Below, piece after piece: positions 35,154-47,378 of a DNA stretch of 64,000 nucleotides. Under the pieces are notes generated by a model, which was not told the origin of the DNA, did not search any database, and was given only the letters and a program-made list of their open reading frames with translations. The translations under genes and the position numbers were made by a program. Location: NCBI GenBank assembly GCA_965644295.1, contig CBFFRP010000439.1, forward strand, positions 34,507 through 98,506. The letters are read 5' to 3'. This DNA comes from Paraphysomonas bandaiensis (lineage: Eukaryota; Protista; Chrysophyceae). Every line of letters begins with the position of its first letter. The first letter of the stretch is position 1.

Positions 35154-35492
35154 CTAAAATACGAACTTCGCGTGTTCGAATGAGCAGTTCACCGTACTCG
35201 AATGATGTGTGGTACTGTCACAAGGACTCAATGGGACGCTCCCTGCCATACAGGAACGAAGGTACTGATTCTCGCACTGTAATTCATCAATGAGTTGTTT
35301 GTAATACTCCAATTCAGCCTTCGCCTTCAGTCGACTGCGACGTGAAGATTCACGCTTAGCTTCTCTTCTGGCCTCTTGCTTCTGTCTGAGTTCAGATGCG
35401 CTGAGGGAGGCTCTGCGTTGTTGCAGTTTCCTCCCCTTGGTAGCCTTATAGGTGTGTCTCTCAGAACAGGATTCAGAGGAAGTAGTCACCAT
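35154..35492 (-). CDS. Small bZIP transcription factor-like protein
   Basis: Basic region RREAKRESSRRSRLKAK followed by heptad zipper ELEYYKQLIDELQCENQYLRS. Confidence 0.7.
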   Translation of the reverse strand: MVTTSSESCSERHTYKATKGRKLQQRRASLSASELRQKQEARREAKRESSRRSRLKAKAELEYYKQLIDELQCENQYLRSCMAGSVPLSPCDSTTHHSSTVNCSFEHAKFVF

Positions 35493-36493
35493 AGTGTATG
35501 AGTGAAGCTACATTGACTGTGTATGTGTGAAGATTATGATGATGGGCAGTTGGAGGTCGAGCGTGTGTATGTATGTAGCAGAGATATACAAGAAATGGAC
35601 GCGACATTTCTGAGCGAGTGAAGAACTTTTTTCTATGAATCTCTCGCTGCAAATTAAACGAAGAATTCTTGTACGAGGTTCGATATCTAAATATCCACAT
35701 GTTTCCAAGCAACAACCAACAATAGAATTGCAGGAAAACCCTAATTTATAGTGAAACCCCGCTTTTTGGGTGTTTGGGAGTTTTTGTGTTGGTTTGCCAC
35801 TATGTTGTGTGAGAAGATACCGCTGCATGTTTATTCCCCAGCCAGGGAGCGCCCATACAAACAGTCAAGGTGAGGGTGAGCTATGAGTGTGCAGACCGGA
35901 AGACAAAGAGAATATTCATGTAACGGCTCGAAGTGTAACAGCTTTTAAGATGCATAGACAGAAATGCTCACAGTATCAACAGACGTCTGCAGACATCAAA
36001 CTTTAATCAAGGAGCGTGTGTTGAAGTGGTCGCTGATAGTGTTTGTCGTTCACAATTTCGTAATACGTTCATGCGAATCCTCCCATCTTGAAGGTTCAGA
36101 TGTGAACGGTGTTGCATGTACTTCTTATAGTACAGTCTACAGTACCTGTAGTGTGGTTAGTATTAACATCCCGAGTATTGTATCAATAAGTAGTGACTGT
36201 ATATGCGTCAATAGATAAATCGTCCGACTGAAACTACCAAAACATATGGCTGTTCAAGCACTTGGATATACACGGGGTTGGACGTAATAGATTGTATGCT
36301 TCACACTAACGATTGATGAAATATCCCAATAACTAATAAACCTGAGTACTGAATATTATTTGCCCTATCTCTCACATAATAAGCCGAGGTTTTTTGTATG
36401 ATCTTATTTTTACATTCTCAAGATTGAAACACTTTGGGAGTAGAGTAGAAATAGCCAACATATATTGTCGAAATTTTAGACAAAACTTGTTGT

Positions 36494-36929
36494 GAATGTC
36501 TTATTATTAGCAATAGGCGTGTAAGATTCAGTGCTTAGTCTACTAATCGCTACGAAAGCTGCTTGTGCGTTACCACAAGGTTCAACTACTCTTGCTCTAT
36601 CACTCAAAGCAAGCCTAGTGAGAAAGCAGAATGTTGATATACCTGACATATGCAAACTTCAGGATTCTTGAGTCCTTAAGGTAACCAGCCCGGATGCATG
36701 ACTTCAGCAGGTAGCTCAATAACCTGGATGCCCTTGAGGTGGACCCATTCCCGGGTGCTTGACTTCAGCAGACAGCCCAATTTCCCCGGTTGCCCAATAC
36801 CCGGCTATGAGAGGACAGAAAATTATCTGCTGACTATATATGCCGCTCACGATAGTTCCCTAGAGAAATATCTCCGGTACTTATCTCCCATAACACCACG
36901 GAAATGTGCGAGTCAAACTTTGTTGAGGG
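36494..36929 (+). repeat. Interspersed repeat R1, near-complete copy
   Basis: Same termini and body as 21605-22045, with a short internal duplication (GACTTCAGCAG twice). Confidence 0.85.
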
Positions 36930-38537
36930 CTTGACAAGGCTTATAATGTATTTTCTCTAGGTAGTATCATTGATAAAGATCAATTTTATGTGTACACTTA
37001 CTTTAAGAAAAATTGATGGAATTAGAATAGAAGTAAGAATCTAGACAGGTAGAAATTACACTATAGAAATTAACAAAGTAGTTGCAATATTACACACACT
37101 GTTGAAAAAAACAAAAACTAAATTTCTAAAGGTACAGTATGCTCACCAGAGTGAAGCTGTTGGAAAACGCAGAGGCAGTTATTGTTGATTGTTTGAATCG
37201 TACAGTGACATACATCTTTGAGTTGTAGATATTGTCTAATAATACAATCTCAATTACTGGTTGATAGGACAACGCTCCGGGATATTCTTGGCTTGAATTT
37301 TGGTAGTACCGAAGATGTGTTCAACCAATGCTGCTTCTGTAGAAGACTCATCCAACTACGCCATGCTGGATAACACCATTGAGGGTATGGTCTTTCCACC
37401 TGATGGATCGAGAGCCATATTTCCAACAGTATTGACAGTATCGAAGTTTTACCTTCTGGGACGATCTAGATAAGGAGTAGATCTTGACGTTATAGGAGTG
37501 AGTAGCCGAAAGAGGGGAGTCAACAGTATCTGTAGAGCTACACAATTATACGAAATTCATAAACACATATGAGTGCCACAAACAGGCAGACTGTGCAGAG
37601 TCATACAGTGATAGTATTCTATGTGATACACATTATCATGTGTAGAGCATTGAGTGTTAAATATAGGGCCATATTAAACCCTTTGAGGCGATTAGGCCTC
37701 GGATTTGTACCCGGCACTATTGAGTTAGTGTGGTATGTTGTTTATGAACTCCGTGCTACATGATGTGTTGCTATATCGTGTAAAGTGTGTGAAGGACTGT
37801 CATAAGTGGAGTGAGGGGGTCATGAATAGCGACAATGAGAGGATCCTAAAAAAAAGTAACTGAAAACCCCCTTAAGGGCACTCACTTTGGACATGAATAA
37901 CTCGAGATCCTAATCATGGATCAAGCTGGGCAGTTAAAATGGATCTCACACGAAAGTATGTCACGTCTGATGAAGTATCCAACGTCATCGCCACTGTGTG
38001 ACTGACACTGAGATTGACTGAAAACAGCTTAAAATAACGGCATTAATGAGGTTTCACCATCCTACTCCAACAATACTCACTCTAGTCGCTACTGGTCAAC
38101 AAACAACACAACACAACAAGATTACATCAGTAGACATAGCAGTTGTCCAACTCTATAGTCATACACTTCACTTCCTCCCCATAGCAACATGATGCTTCAT
38201 TAGAAGTTATGGTTAGTGTTCGATTGCGAGTGGATCATGATGATGATGATGGATCCTGCCCGGTCCGGCCCTTGTTGACTCAGTATAAGCCGTAAAAGCT
38301 AAAAAAGCCTATATTTCTGAGATCACGATCTAAAATATCTGCTTTTTTGAATCTACTGTATTTGTGTATACCGGTATATCATGTATACACAGTAACTCTG
38401 TGGAAGGTATTAAAAAAAAGACCGTCGTGGTCCCTTTTTCTTTGTTGTAGCTGTGCGGTGGAGCTGCAGGGATGCTTGTTACTGTCACACGTGAGGTCGA
38501 CTAGAGAACTCCATTGGCGTCTTTCGAGTGAGTTGAT

Positions 38538-39519
38538 ATGTTATCAAAGCATCTGCTGGTGTTGATACTTGTGAAGTCGATTTCTGTGTCCCCTGTGGCG
38601 TGTTATGAGTGCTGGTTCGGCTACTCCACAGGTGAGTTGATGCAATTATTGTTTATGCCTATATGAGGAGTGCCAGCATCTGATCTCTTGAAACTGCTCG
38701 TCAATATCAAATCATCTCGATGTTATTGTCTTTGCAGGTCATTGCGGCACCACGACTCTGTCTTCAGAGCATAATTATGAAAATGTTTCTGATGTTGGCT
38801 TTGGCTTCGAGGGCTACTATGCCGGCACCGTCATGCATGTATCAAGTCACGAATATAGAAGCTTTGAATCTGTGGATGATGAACTACGATGGGTGAAAGA
38901 TGTATTGACCCCGAAGCTGTACCGCGCACTCGAAGAAACAAACAAGAAAGTATATGTGGACTTTGGACACCACACTCTATATTTCTATCGGGGGCTTGCA
39001 CTGTATTTACTTGAGAAGGATCCTATGTTCTGTAGCACTCTGCATATAGTGAGGATACGTAGAGAGAGATACGAGTTAGCTCAGAGTCTCCTGTATACTC
39101 GCGAATTCGTAAGGCAGAAGTCCCTGGCACACATGTCGTTTCGGTATGTACCTTGGGATCACAAACAGGACGTTATGCTTCCCCCACCTGGGAATGCCAG
39201 TGATAAAAATATGTTCAAGCGCTTTACAACCTATCAGCAAATGTTATGGTTTATCGATGAAACCGAAACAAGATGGCTGCAATTTGAATTAAATTATCAA
39301 AACATCTCTGGACTGGTACTACATGAGGTTTTTTGGACAAATACAGATAACAGCATGCATGAAGCAATAAAACAGATTTCACATTGGCTCGGGGGGGGGG
39401 TCAGTGAGAATATTCATCAATTGAAGAAGCACTCTGGCAGTCACAATATCAGTAAGGATTATGGTGTAAGTGCAGACATGTCCTACTTCAAGGTGATGCA
39501 GTTTTCTAAACAGAGTTGA
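38538..39519 (+). CDS. Secreted sulfotransferase-fold (P-loop) protein; 2 exons
   Basis: Signal-like MLSKHLLVLILV; STG|HCGTTTLS spliced across an intron at about 38632-38737 resembles a 5'-PSB loop; VRIRRERYELAQS resembles a 3'-PB motif. Confidence 0.55.
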
Positions 39520-41001
39520 AGTCCTGTTGCTTACTCTTCGCTCTCTTTCTTACAAGTTGACTAAAAATATATGTATATGGTCGCTTTTTCGTTTGCTGTT
39601 ATAGATGCTTGCTTACATATACTATGTTGTTTCTTGGGTTATTAGTAATATTCTTGTTTTCACTTACTATCAATTTCAGCTACAAAAAGTTGCAACTTTT
39701 GTGACATAAAGTCAATACGACAATCAAACCTGGGAAAGTGATTTCATCAAGTTTCATACATAAAAAGTGTCTTATAAGTGCTTATTTCTAGTAACTTTCA
39801 TTAGTAAAGCTGGCAAATATATATGATAACGAAATCAAATGCGCATTCTAGGTGGACGGGGGAACTAGGGACTAGTGCCATTCTAAGACTACACTGGGTA
39901 AGCGTGGTCACGAAATGCCCCGCAAAATCTCTGTCATACAATCTGTGCGAATTACATTCATGGGTTGAGGCCACTAGATGCCTTGAAGAGTGAGTTTTGA
40001 GCTTTGACATTTTTTTGTGAGCAATTGAAAGGCGTATTTCATAGGTATTCGACTTATGACCGTTACTTGGAAAATACAGTGGTTAACAGTATTACATGAA
40101 TTAATGATATGATATGATGGGAGTTATGTTAGAGACTCTGAAATTTCTTGACGTGACTATCTAAGACCTTGTAAAATTGATTGGTATAGAGATTGCATCA
40201 ATCTAGAGAATTTAAACATAAATATAAACACTGAACGTAATATGAGACATTGACTATATTTAATGATTGAGTGTACACAACGTTGAGATTAAGTTTAAAC
40301 CATCCACAATGTCAATACTCGATATTGAAGACTAATATGGGTGAGAGAGGTAAGATGTCACTGACGTTCTATAAGGCCGTCCAGATGGTCAAAGGGATGA
40401 ACGAGTGAATGACTGCGTAGATTCGGCGCTATCACTTAAGGTTACATATGTGACTTGACAAATTCGTCCTACACTATGGCCACACTTTTGCCAAGTTGAG
40501 TTTTTTGCTGAATTTATAAGCAATTAAAAGTTGTATTCTAAGAATTTGAATAATGACCGTTACTTGAACAATGCTGTGGCGGGTATTATTATTACATGAG
40601 TCAAAGATATGATATAAATTAAGTTCGCAAAACAGAAATACTTTGACTCTAAATGATCGTGAATATCTGAGATCTAATGATATGTACTCCAACATCATCG
40701 TATTGATTTATTGAATACTAGTACGAACACCACAGTACAACGCATCTAGTGCCTCATCAAGAGGATAAAACAAAAATGAAACTTGCAGTTATTTACCGCG
40801 AAAGAGGTGCAAAACGATTACATGGGGCATGCGTATGTCGATATCTGCAACACAACATTAACAGTAAACATAACTGCAGAAATTCGCGCTATCTAGCAAA
40901 ATAATTCCGCGCTTTGCACAATATCAGTTGATGGCCCCAACATCCGATTGATTCTTGCTATGACACATAGTATGATAGTGATGGTCATGCGCCATCCCAG
41001 C

Positions 41002-42184
41002 TCAGGAGCTACCAGTGGTTGCATCAGCCTTTCTCACATCATCTACTTCGGACAGAGTAGTAGCAGTTCTGCCTTCTTCCAGAACTGAAGTGGTGGGAGA
41101 GCTAAAAGGGTATTCGACATGAGGATAGGCAAGCAATCCTCCCTCTGAGGTGTCGAACTCGAAAGCTTCATTATACCCTTCGTAGCGCCCTCCAAGTGAG
41201 GTAGGTATGCTTTCGAGTGGCACTTCCTGCTCCAGTGTTGATAGATAGTTGCTGCCCATGAATGATACCTTAGCAGCAGTCCTATTACGCCACGAGAGCA
41301 CTATTAGAGAGCAAACACGCACAAACTACGCTCTTACCGTACATCCAACATACCCTTAATAAAGTACCACTGCAACAAAGGATATAGCATGAGATATTAC
41401 ACTAGTCAGAATATAAAAGTAGACTACCAGAGTGTTAAATATCCAGGGAGCATTCACAATGTGCGTCTTGTACAGCATCTCAGGGAAGTTATCCGCGGCA
41501 ACTTCCATAGTAGCTTTTAGGACCATCTTTGAGTCCGATCCTACCAACGAAATCAGTGATGTCAGAAAAAAAATCCATAAATAATTTACCCATGAATTCC
41601 ATTCCAAGACCCTTCAGACACCGGATAATAGTGCACTGCAAGATAATCCCGTAGCCGTTCTCTGACGGGGGCGGGTTCCCGTTGTATTGAGCCAACAGCT
41701 CTCGCTCTCTTTTCTCCGACAACTGTTCGATAATGAGCGTCTTGTACTGCAGACAATAGACCACAAACTCTCTGTATTCATCGAGAGAGACCTCCCGCAT
41801 GACAGCCGATGGTGAGAAGTTGTATGTCTCTAGAGCGATGGGGTTCCCAGCCCTATCAAGAGCATCACCCGCACATATAATCTGAGGGGCCACGTCGATT
41901 ATCTTCTTACCACACGGGAACTTATAGGGGTGATTGTATCCATTTCTGACGATGTTCTCTCGAGCAAGATCCGCCCCACTCTCTTGTCTCCAGTTAAGAT
42001 ATGAGAGGTATTTCTGAACGGCTTTGTCTAAGTTATGTCCGTGTCCTCGTATGAACCGTATAAGAGCTCTGTCGCCTATAACTTCAGGGAACTGACCCGC
42101 GTGAGATATCTCATCACGGCACTGCTCGCGCATCTCGCGCAGTAGGCGAGTTTCTTCCTCGCTCCAACGCAGGGACGTGGGCAT
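41002..42184 (-). CDS. CRAL-TRIO/SEC14 lipid-binding protein; multi-exon
   Basis: DRALIRFIRG...YLNWR, DRAGNPI, DNFPEMLYKTHIVNAPWIF, RTAAKV, IPTSLGG. Confidence 0.92.
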
Positions 42185-42240
42185 AGCTGAAGCCTGTAAT
42201 GAGATAGCAGCACGATGAGTGCCGCTCTCGGCTGCTGTAA

Positions 42241-42455
42241 TTGTACTGCTGTACTCCACTGTTGTACTGTACTCTGCTGTACTCTGCTGTACTCTACTGT
42301 ACTGGTGTACTGTACTGCTGTACTCTACTCCATTGCTGTTGTACTGTACTATTGTACTGCTGTACTCTACTCCATTGCTGTTGTACTGTACTATTGTACT
42401 GCTGTACTCTACTCCATTGCTGTTGTACTGTACTATTGTACTGCTGTACTCTACT
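42241..42455. repeat. TACTG-rich minisatellite (42-bp unit, about 3.5 copies plus degenerate units)
   Basis: Unit TGTACTGCTGTACTCTACTCCATTGCTGTTGTACTGTACTAT between two divergent genes. Confidence 0.9.
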
Positions 42456-42559
42456 GTGAGTGTAAGAATAGACACACAGCAGACCTCTCTGTAGATAGAC
42501 TGCCTGAGCAGCCAGCATATCATACGCACATATGCATAGCACAGGAGTGCCTATAGGAT

Positions 42560-45163
42560 ATGTGGAGTGTTCCCTGTAGGTTGATCGATAAGATAACCTA
42601 TGAGGTGGTGGATTGTCCTGTGAGGGCTATGGATGGTGTGGTCTATAGCCGAGGGGCTCTGCAGCAGTGGATAGAGGGACATACACAGGGACAAGGGCCC
42701 GTCCCCTCCCCTCTCACTGGTCGACCGATGGGTGTGACCTTCAGACATGAGGAGGGCATAGCTCGAGAGGTGGCGCAGTTGAGACATCACCAGCAGCAGC
42801 AACGGCACACAGAAGCCAATGAGAGCACTCAGAGCATGGGGACTCTGACCGAGATATATGAGATCACCGATCCTCTCAGAGATCTGTTTCAATCAAAGAA
42901 CTGGCAGGCTCCTGCTCTAGTGGTTATGGGAGATGAGAACTCAGGCAAGAGTTCTCTCCTGGAACGGCTGGTCATGATGCCGATCTTTCCCAAAGACAAG
43001 TGTATTTGCACCCGCATGGCTATCAGAGTTCATCTACGTCGAGGGCCGAGTGTAGTTCCCAGGTTGGATGTGTTTGACAAGAATACAGGGACTGTGATGT
43101 GGAGCAAGTTGGTGCCCATTGAGAGAGGGCGGGAGTTAGTGAAAGAGGCTATGGAAACAGTGCTTGTTCAGGTGGTTTCGTGAACGTACCTCTCAGCTTG
43201 TCTCAGCCTGTGCGTAGGAGTTTGGAGAAGTCACAGGCGTATCCAACACAAAGATGCTCGTCCTACACATCACAAGTATTTTCGCTTATGCTGTTTTCAG
43301 CTCGAGATAACGATGCGTACAGGCCCCAACTGCCCTGATATGAACATTGTAGATTTGCCAGGTCTGGTACCTACCTACGTCAGGTAGGTATTTTTAATTG
43401 CAAGGTGGTATTCGTGCTAACTACACGATCAGGGGGGAGCCAAAGAATATAAAAGCCCTTACAGCTGACCTGGTGGAGTCTTACATAAGAGAGAACAATG
43501 CACACTCCCTTTACCTAATCACGGTTCCCGCGATGTCTGCTCCGAACCAGTCTTTGGCCTTCGAGATAGTACAGAAGATGGGCCTTCATGACCGATGTAT
43601 TGGTGTTTTTACTAAGTCAGACAAGTGTGACCTCAGGGGCGGAGGATTTGATGGTATTGGTGAACTCAATAACCTACGACGCAAGATTTACCAGCAGGCG
43701 AGAGATATCGTTCCCCTGGAGCGATGGGGTTATGTGTGCACCATGAATAGGCCACAAAGCGATTCCCACTCCCAGAGGAGCAACTATAGCACACTGATCA
43801 GCCAGAGCCAGGACGAGGTTCAGTTCTTTCAGGAGCACTATATGTCTGACCTCTTAGACGAGCATATGGCAGGATGCAAGTAAGTCTACGTGCATATATG
43901 CTACTTATGAATGTCATTGGTCTACAGGGCGTTGTTGATTCGTGTCAGTTCGATGTTTCACGATTATCTGCGCTCTAACTGGGCACCCTCTACTATATTG
44001 CTGCTTAGGAATGAGATACAGGACTACAGGTGACGAAAATTGTATGTGTCTAAGTAGAGCACGGCTAATATACATGTGCGAAATGGCGTAGGGAAAAAGA
44101 ACGTGCGCTGGGGATACCTCGTGCAGATAGCTTTATTCCTCCTGGACAGTGGGAGAGAGAAGAAGGGATGGAAGATAGGGTGACTCGAGAGGGAATCGCC
44201 CGTATGGCGATTGACCGAGCGACAGCAATGTTGACTAGATCCTCGATCCACACCATGGATAGCATGGCAATAGAAATGCTGCAAAAGCTTCATACTCAGA
44301 TTAGCAATGAATCCTGCGAAAAGGCTGGAAGCACCTCAAAGATACTTTCCTATCAGCTCAATCTAAAGCGTAGTATAACTCAGTATATCACCGACGCCCT
44401 CGAAGAGCTAGAGGAAATGGTCACTTCGCAGTTTGCGGACACATTGTGCAACGACGACTCTGACTTCAAGCTAGGTCGCTTTCCAAGCTTCATTGATTCT
44501 GTATCCAAGATATTTATGAAGCAGCTTCGCTCCTGGAAAAATAAAACTGATGCAGCCCTAACATCTTACGTGAATGTTGCCTTTCAGTCATCGGTATCCA
44601 ATCCCCACTTCAAATTAAAGTACAGCTTCCGCACTGACAAAGAAAGAGGGCTAATTCCCTACTGCGATATGGACTTCGACGCTGAGGCCCTCGCGGCTAC
44701 TATTATCCATATCATTGTGCTTCGGTGTTCTACCCTACTCACGGAAGCAATGGGTGTAGATGACGAGGTCCAGCAACTGGTATATAATTTAGATTGGACG
44801 GAAACCTGCGCAAATGAAAGAAGTGTATATTTAAAAGGCCTGTACCACGTGGACAAGGTAGTGAGTCAGCTGAAATCCCACCTTGATTTGACTGAGGAGG
44901 ACGTAGAGAGTTTTCGTCGTACCGGTGTTATAATGGTATGTAGTTTTGCATTGAGTGAACAACTCTACTGACTCTGATATGTACCCTAGGGCTCACTTGA
45001 GGTTGGCAAAAACAAGTTTACTGTTAGTGGAATACACTCTCCTTCCAGTTCTACTGGAGGGTATAGCGGCAGAGTACCGTATTTTCAACCTTCGCCTCGT
45101 AGTGGGGATGGCAAGTATTCAACACAGAAGTATCAAGAAGATTCACCACTCCGCTACAGGTAG
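42560..45163 (+). CDS. U-box plus dynamin-like (Mx-like) GTPase fusion; multi-exon, start uncertain
   Basis: U-box-like LIDKITYEVVDCPV...DGVVYSRGALQQWI...SPLTG in the same open frame as G1 PALVVMGDENSGKSSLLE and G2 ICTR; later exons give G3 IVDLPG, G4 FTKSD and a helical stalk. Confidence 0.85.
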
Positions 45164-46159
45164 TATAGATGTACCGTTTCTTGTAATAATAGTGTATAAT
45201 AAGACATAAATTACTACGACTTTAGTGATTTAAGTATGGTGACAACATGTTCGTATAAGTATAACGCGACAGTACATTACGTTCAATCCGCATAGTGTTT
45301 CCAATGCCACTGCTCGCACGAATTGTATGAGTGACAAACCGTGATTTTCTCTCTACATTTTACAAATATAGATCTAAACATTAGTAATGTAGTCAAGTAT
45401 ATTCTATTTAAAGGAAACCGCTTTCTATATCGATTTCAAACAGTTTACCAGAATCATCTGACCTTTCGAAGTGTTATGAAATTTTTGAAGCTTATAGGTT
45501 TAACTCCTCTGGCCTACTTTTTCCTTAATTCATGACATCATGTTACTTATTAACCACAGGTATGTATATTTGTATATTTCATTCGTATCCGTTATCTTTA
45601 TTTGAATTCAATTGTATAAACAGTTTCGAAAAAACAAGAATATTATTATAAAATATTTTAGTCATAAACCTATTCATAAATTGCACTCGAATATAATTAC
45701 GCATTACAGAACGATGAAGAAATATAGGCATTCAACTTCAATATTCGATTCAATAGAAACTATCCTAGATTCGATATTGAGAGTCGTTTGACGTGATTTC
45801 ATTATATCAAAACAATTGTATAGTAGGTAACCACCAGTAGAATGATGAGTCAACTTTCAGGAAGCAGATCGTCCTTTCCAAACGTTTTATTCCATCCGTC
45901 ATGATGTGATGTAGAAGATCATAGTATGATGTCAATGCCAACGATCTATATTCACAACTTCAGGAACTCTGCTATAGAGTTCAAATGCCACACTTGCACG
46001 CGGAACCACATTGTCCTAGTCGAATGGTAATAGCATTACATCGTACCGGGGATTTACGCACTTCGTGCGTAGTATGCACCGCACGTAATACCGCTTGATA
46101 TTACTGTCTTCAACCATAGCACGACTTCTCTAGCTTCTAGTTGTTTTGGTATATTATAG

Positions 46160-46315
46160 TGTCTCTTATACCACACACAAGCATTTGGCTATGAGTAGGC
46201 AGAAAAATATTTGCTAACTATATAGGCGGCTCACGTTAGTTTCCCGAAAAAATACCTTCTGTACTTGTTCCCCAAAAAACACCACTAAAAGGTGCGAGTC
46301 CGACTTTGTTGAGGG
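46160..46315 (+). repeat. Repeat R1, 3' fragment
   Basis: cacaagcatt.ggctatgagt...gtgcgagtccgactttgttgaggg. Confidence 0.8.
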
Positions 46316-46589
46316 AAATGTTCCTCTACCACAGAATTGCAACTCCTAGGTATTAAAAGTTGTACCTAAGTGTGATGATGAGAACGAAAAAAAAATGAGG
46401 CTTCTTCTTGTTGTTTGCATCATCATCACTTTTGTATACAACACGCTTATCTTCTACTTGTGCCACTCTGACTCGTATGCAGTGTGTAAGATACTATGAC
46501 GCATATAATTCTCATGGACTGGGTAACACTACTCCAAATCGCCTTCTGAATCAGATTAAAATAAGATATAAGCGTCAGATTGAAATATA

Positions 46590-46885
46590 AACAGGCACCC
46601 GGGAATGGGCCCACCACAAGGCGTTCGCGATATTGGGCTGTCAGCTGAAGTCAAGCATCCGGATTGTTCATCTAAAGGACTCAAACATCCTGAAGTCAGC
46701 AGATGTCAGGTACATCAACATTCTTCTTGTTGCTCACTTCGTTTGCTTTGAGTGATAGAGCAAAGTATTTGCACCTTGTGCTTGCGGTGACGCATAAGCA
46801 GCTTTAGTCGCGTTGTATAGTAGATTAGTAGGATATCAGAGATAGCACTGACTCTTACACGCCTATTGCTAATAATAAGCCATTT
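46590..46885 (-). repeat. Repeat R1, 5' fragment in inverted orientation
   Basis: Reverse complement begins cttattattagcaataggcgtgtaagagtcagtgct; it contains the empty site corresponding to the copia A insertion. Confidence 0.85.
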
Positions 46886-47378
46886 ACTTCTACTACAGAG
46901 GCACATTCGTTGAAACCATTATTGAAATTTGGGGGTTTATTGTTACCTACTAATACAATTGCCATTCCCTTATGTCTTATGTAGAAACGTAGATACCATT
47001 GATTAGAAATAATACGTTTTCTTAATGTTAATCAGGGAGCACCTATTTTCTCTTACAACAAACAATCTACAAATAGCGATACAATCTGGATATTAGGTTA
47101 TCAACATCATGAGGATATGCTACAATTTACAATTAACCTAGAGATAAGGATTTAGGAGTATCGTCCCTGGTCCAAACAATTAAACAAGTAAATAAGATAT
47201 ATAAAGATGTGCAATATTATTACCACACAGTGGAGTCCACCGAAAAACTATAAACAAGCAGCTGCGAAGCTCAACGTACTAGCCTGATCTCCAACGAGGC
47301 AGTCTACAACTACGCATTGCTCATATATCACGCACTGCATATTTCCAAAAAGCAGGTAGTACCACACAGGAAACCCAG

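Noticed and set aside
34298-37240. ~80-bp diverged repeat pair at 34298 and 37157 (similarly 40033 and 40553)
   Set aside because: Real but short and degenerate, with no termini or coding signal to classify.
42185-42556. N-terminal EYSSTIVQYNSNGV extension of the SEC14 ORF and overlapping Cys-rich ORFs
   Set aside because: Derived from the 42-bp minisatellite; homology starts near MPTSLRW.
46055-46071. Perfect hairpin TACGCAC-TTC-GTGCGTA as a Helitron 3' end
   Set aside because: No CTRR at the expected distance and no second copy in the window.
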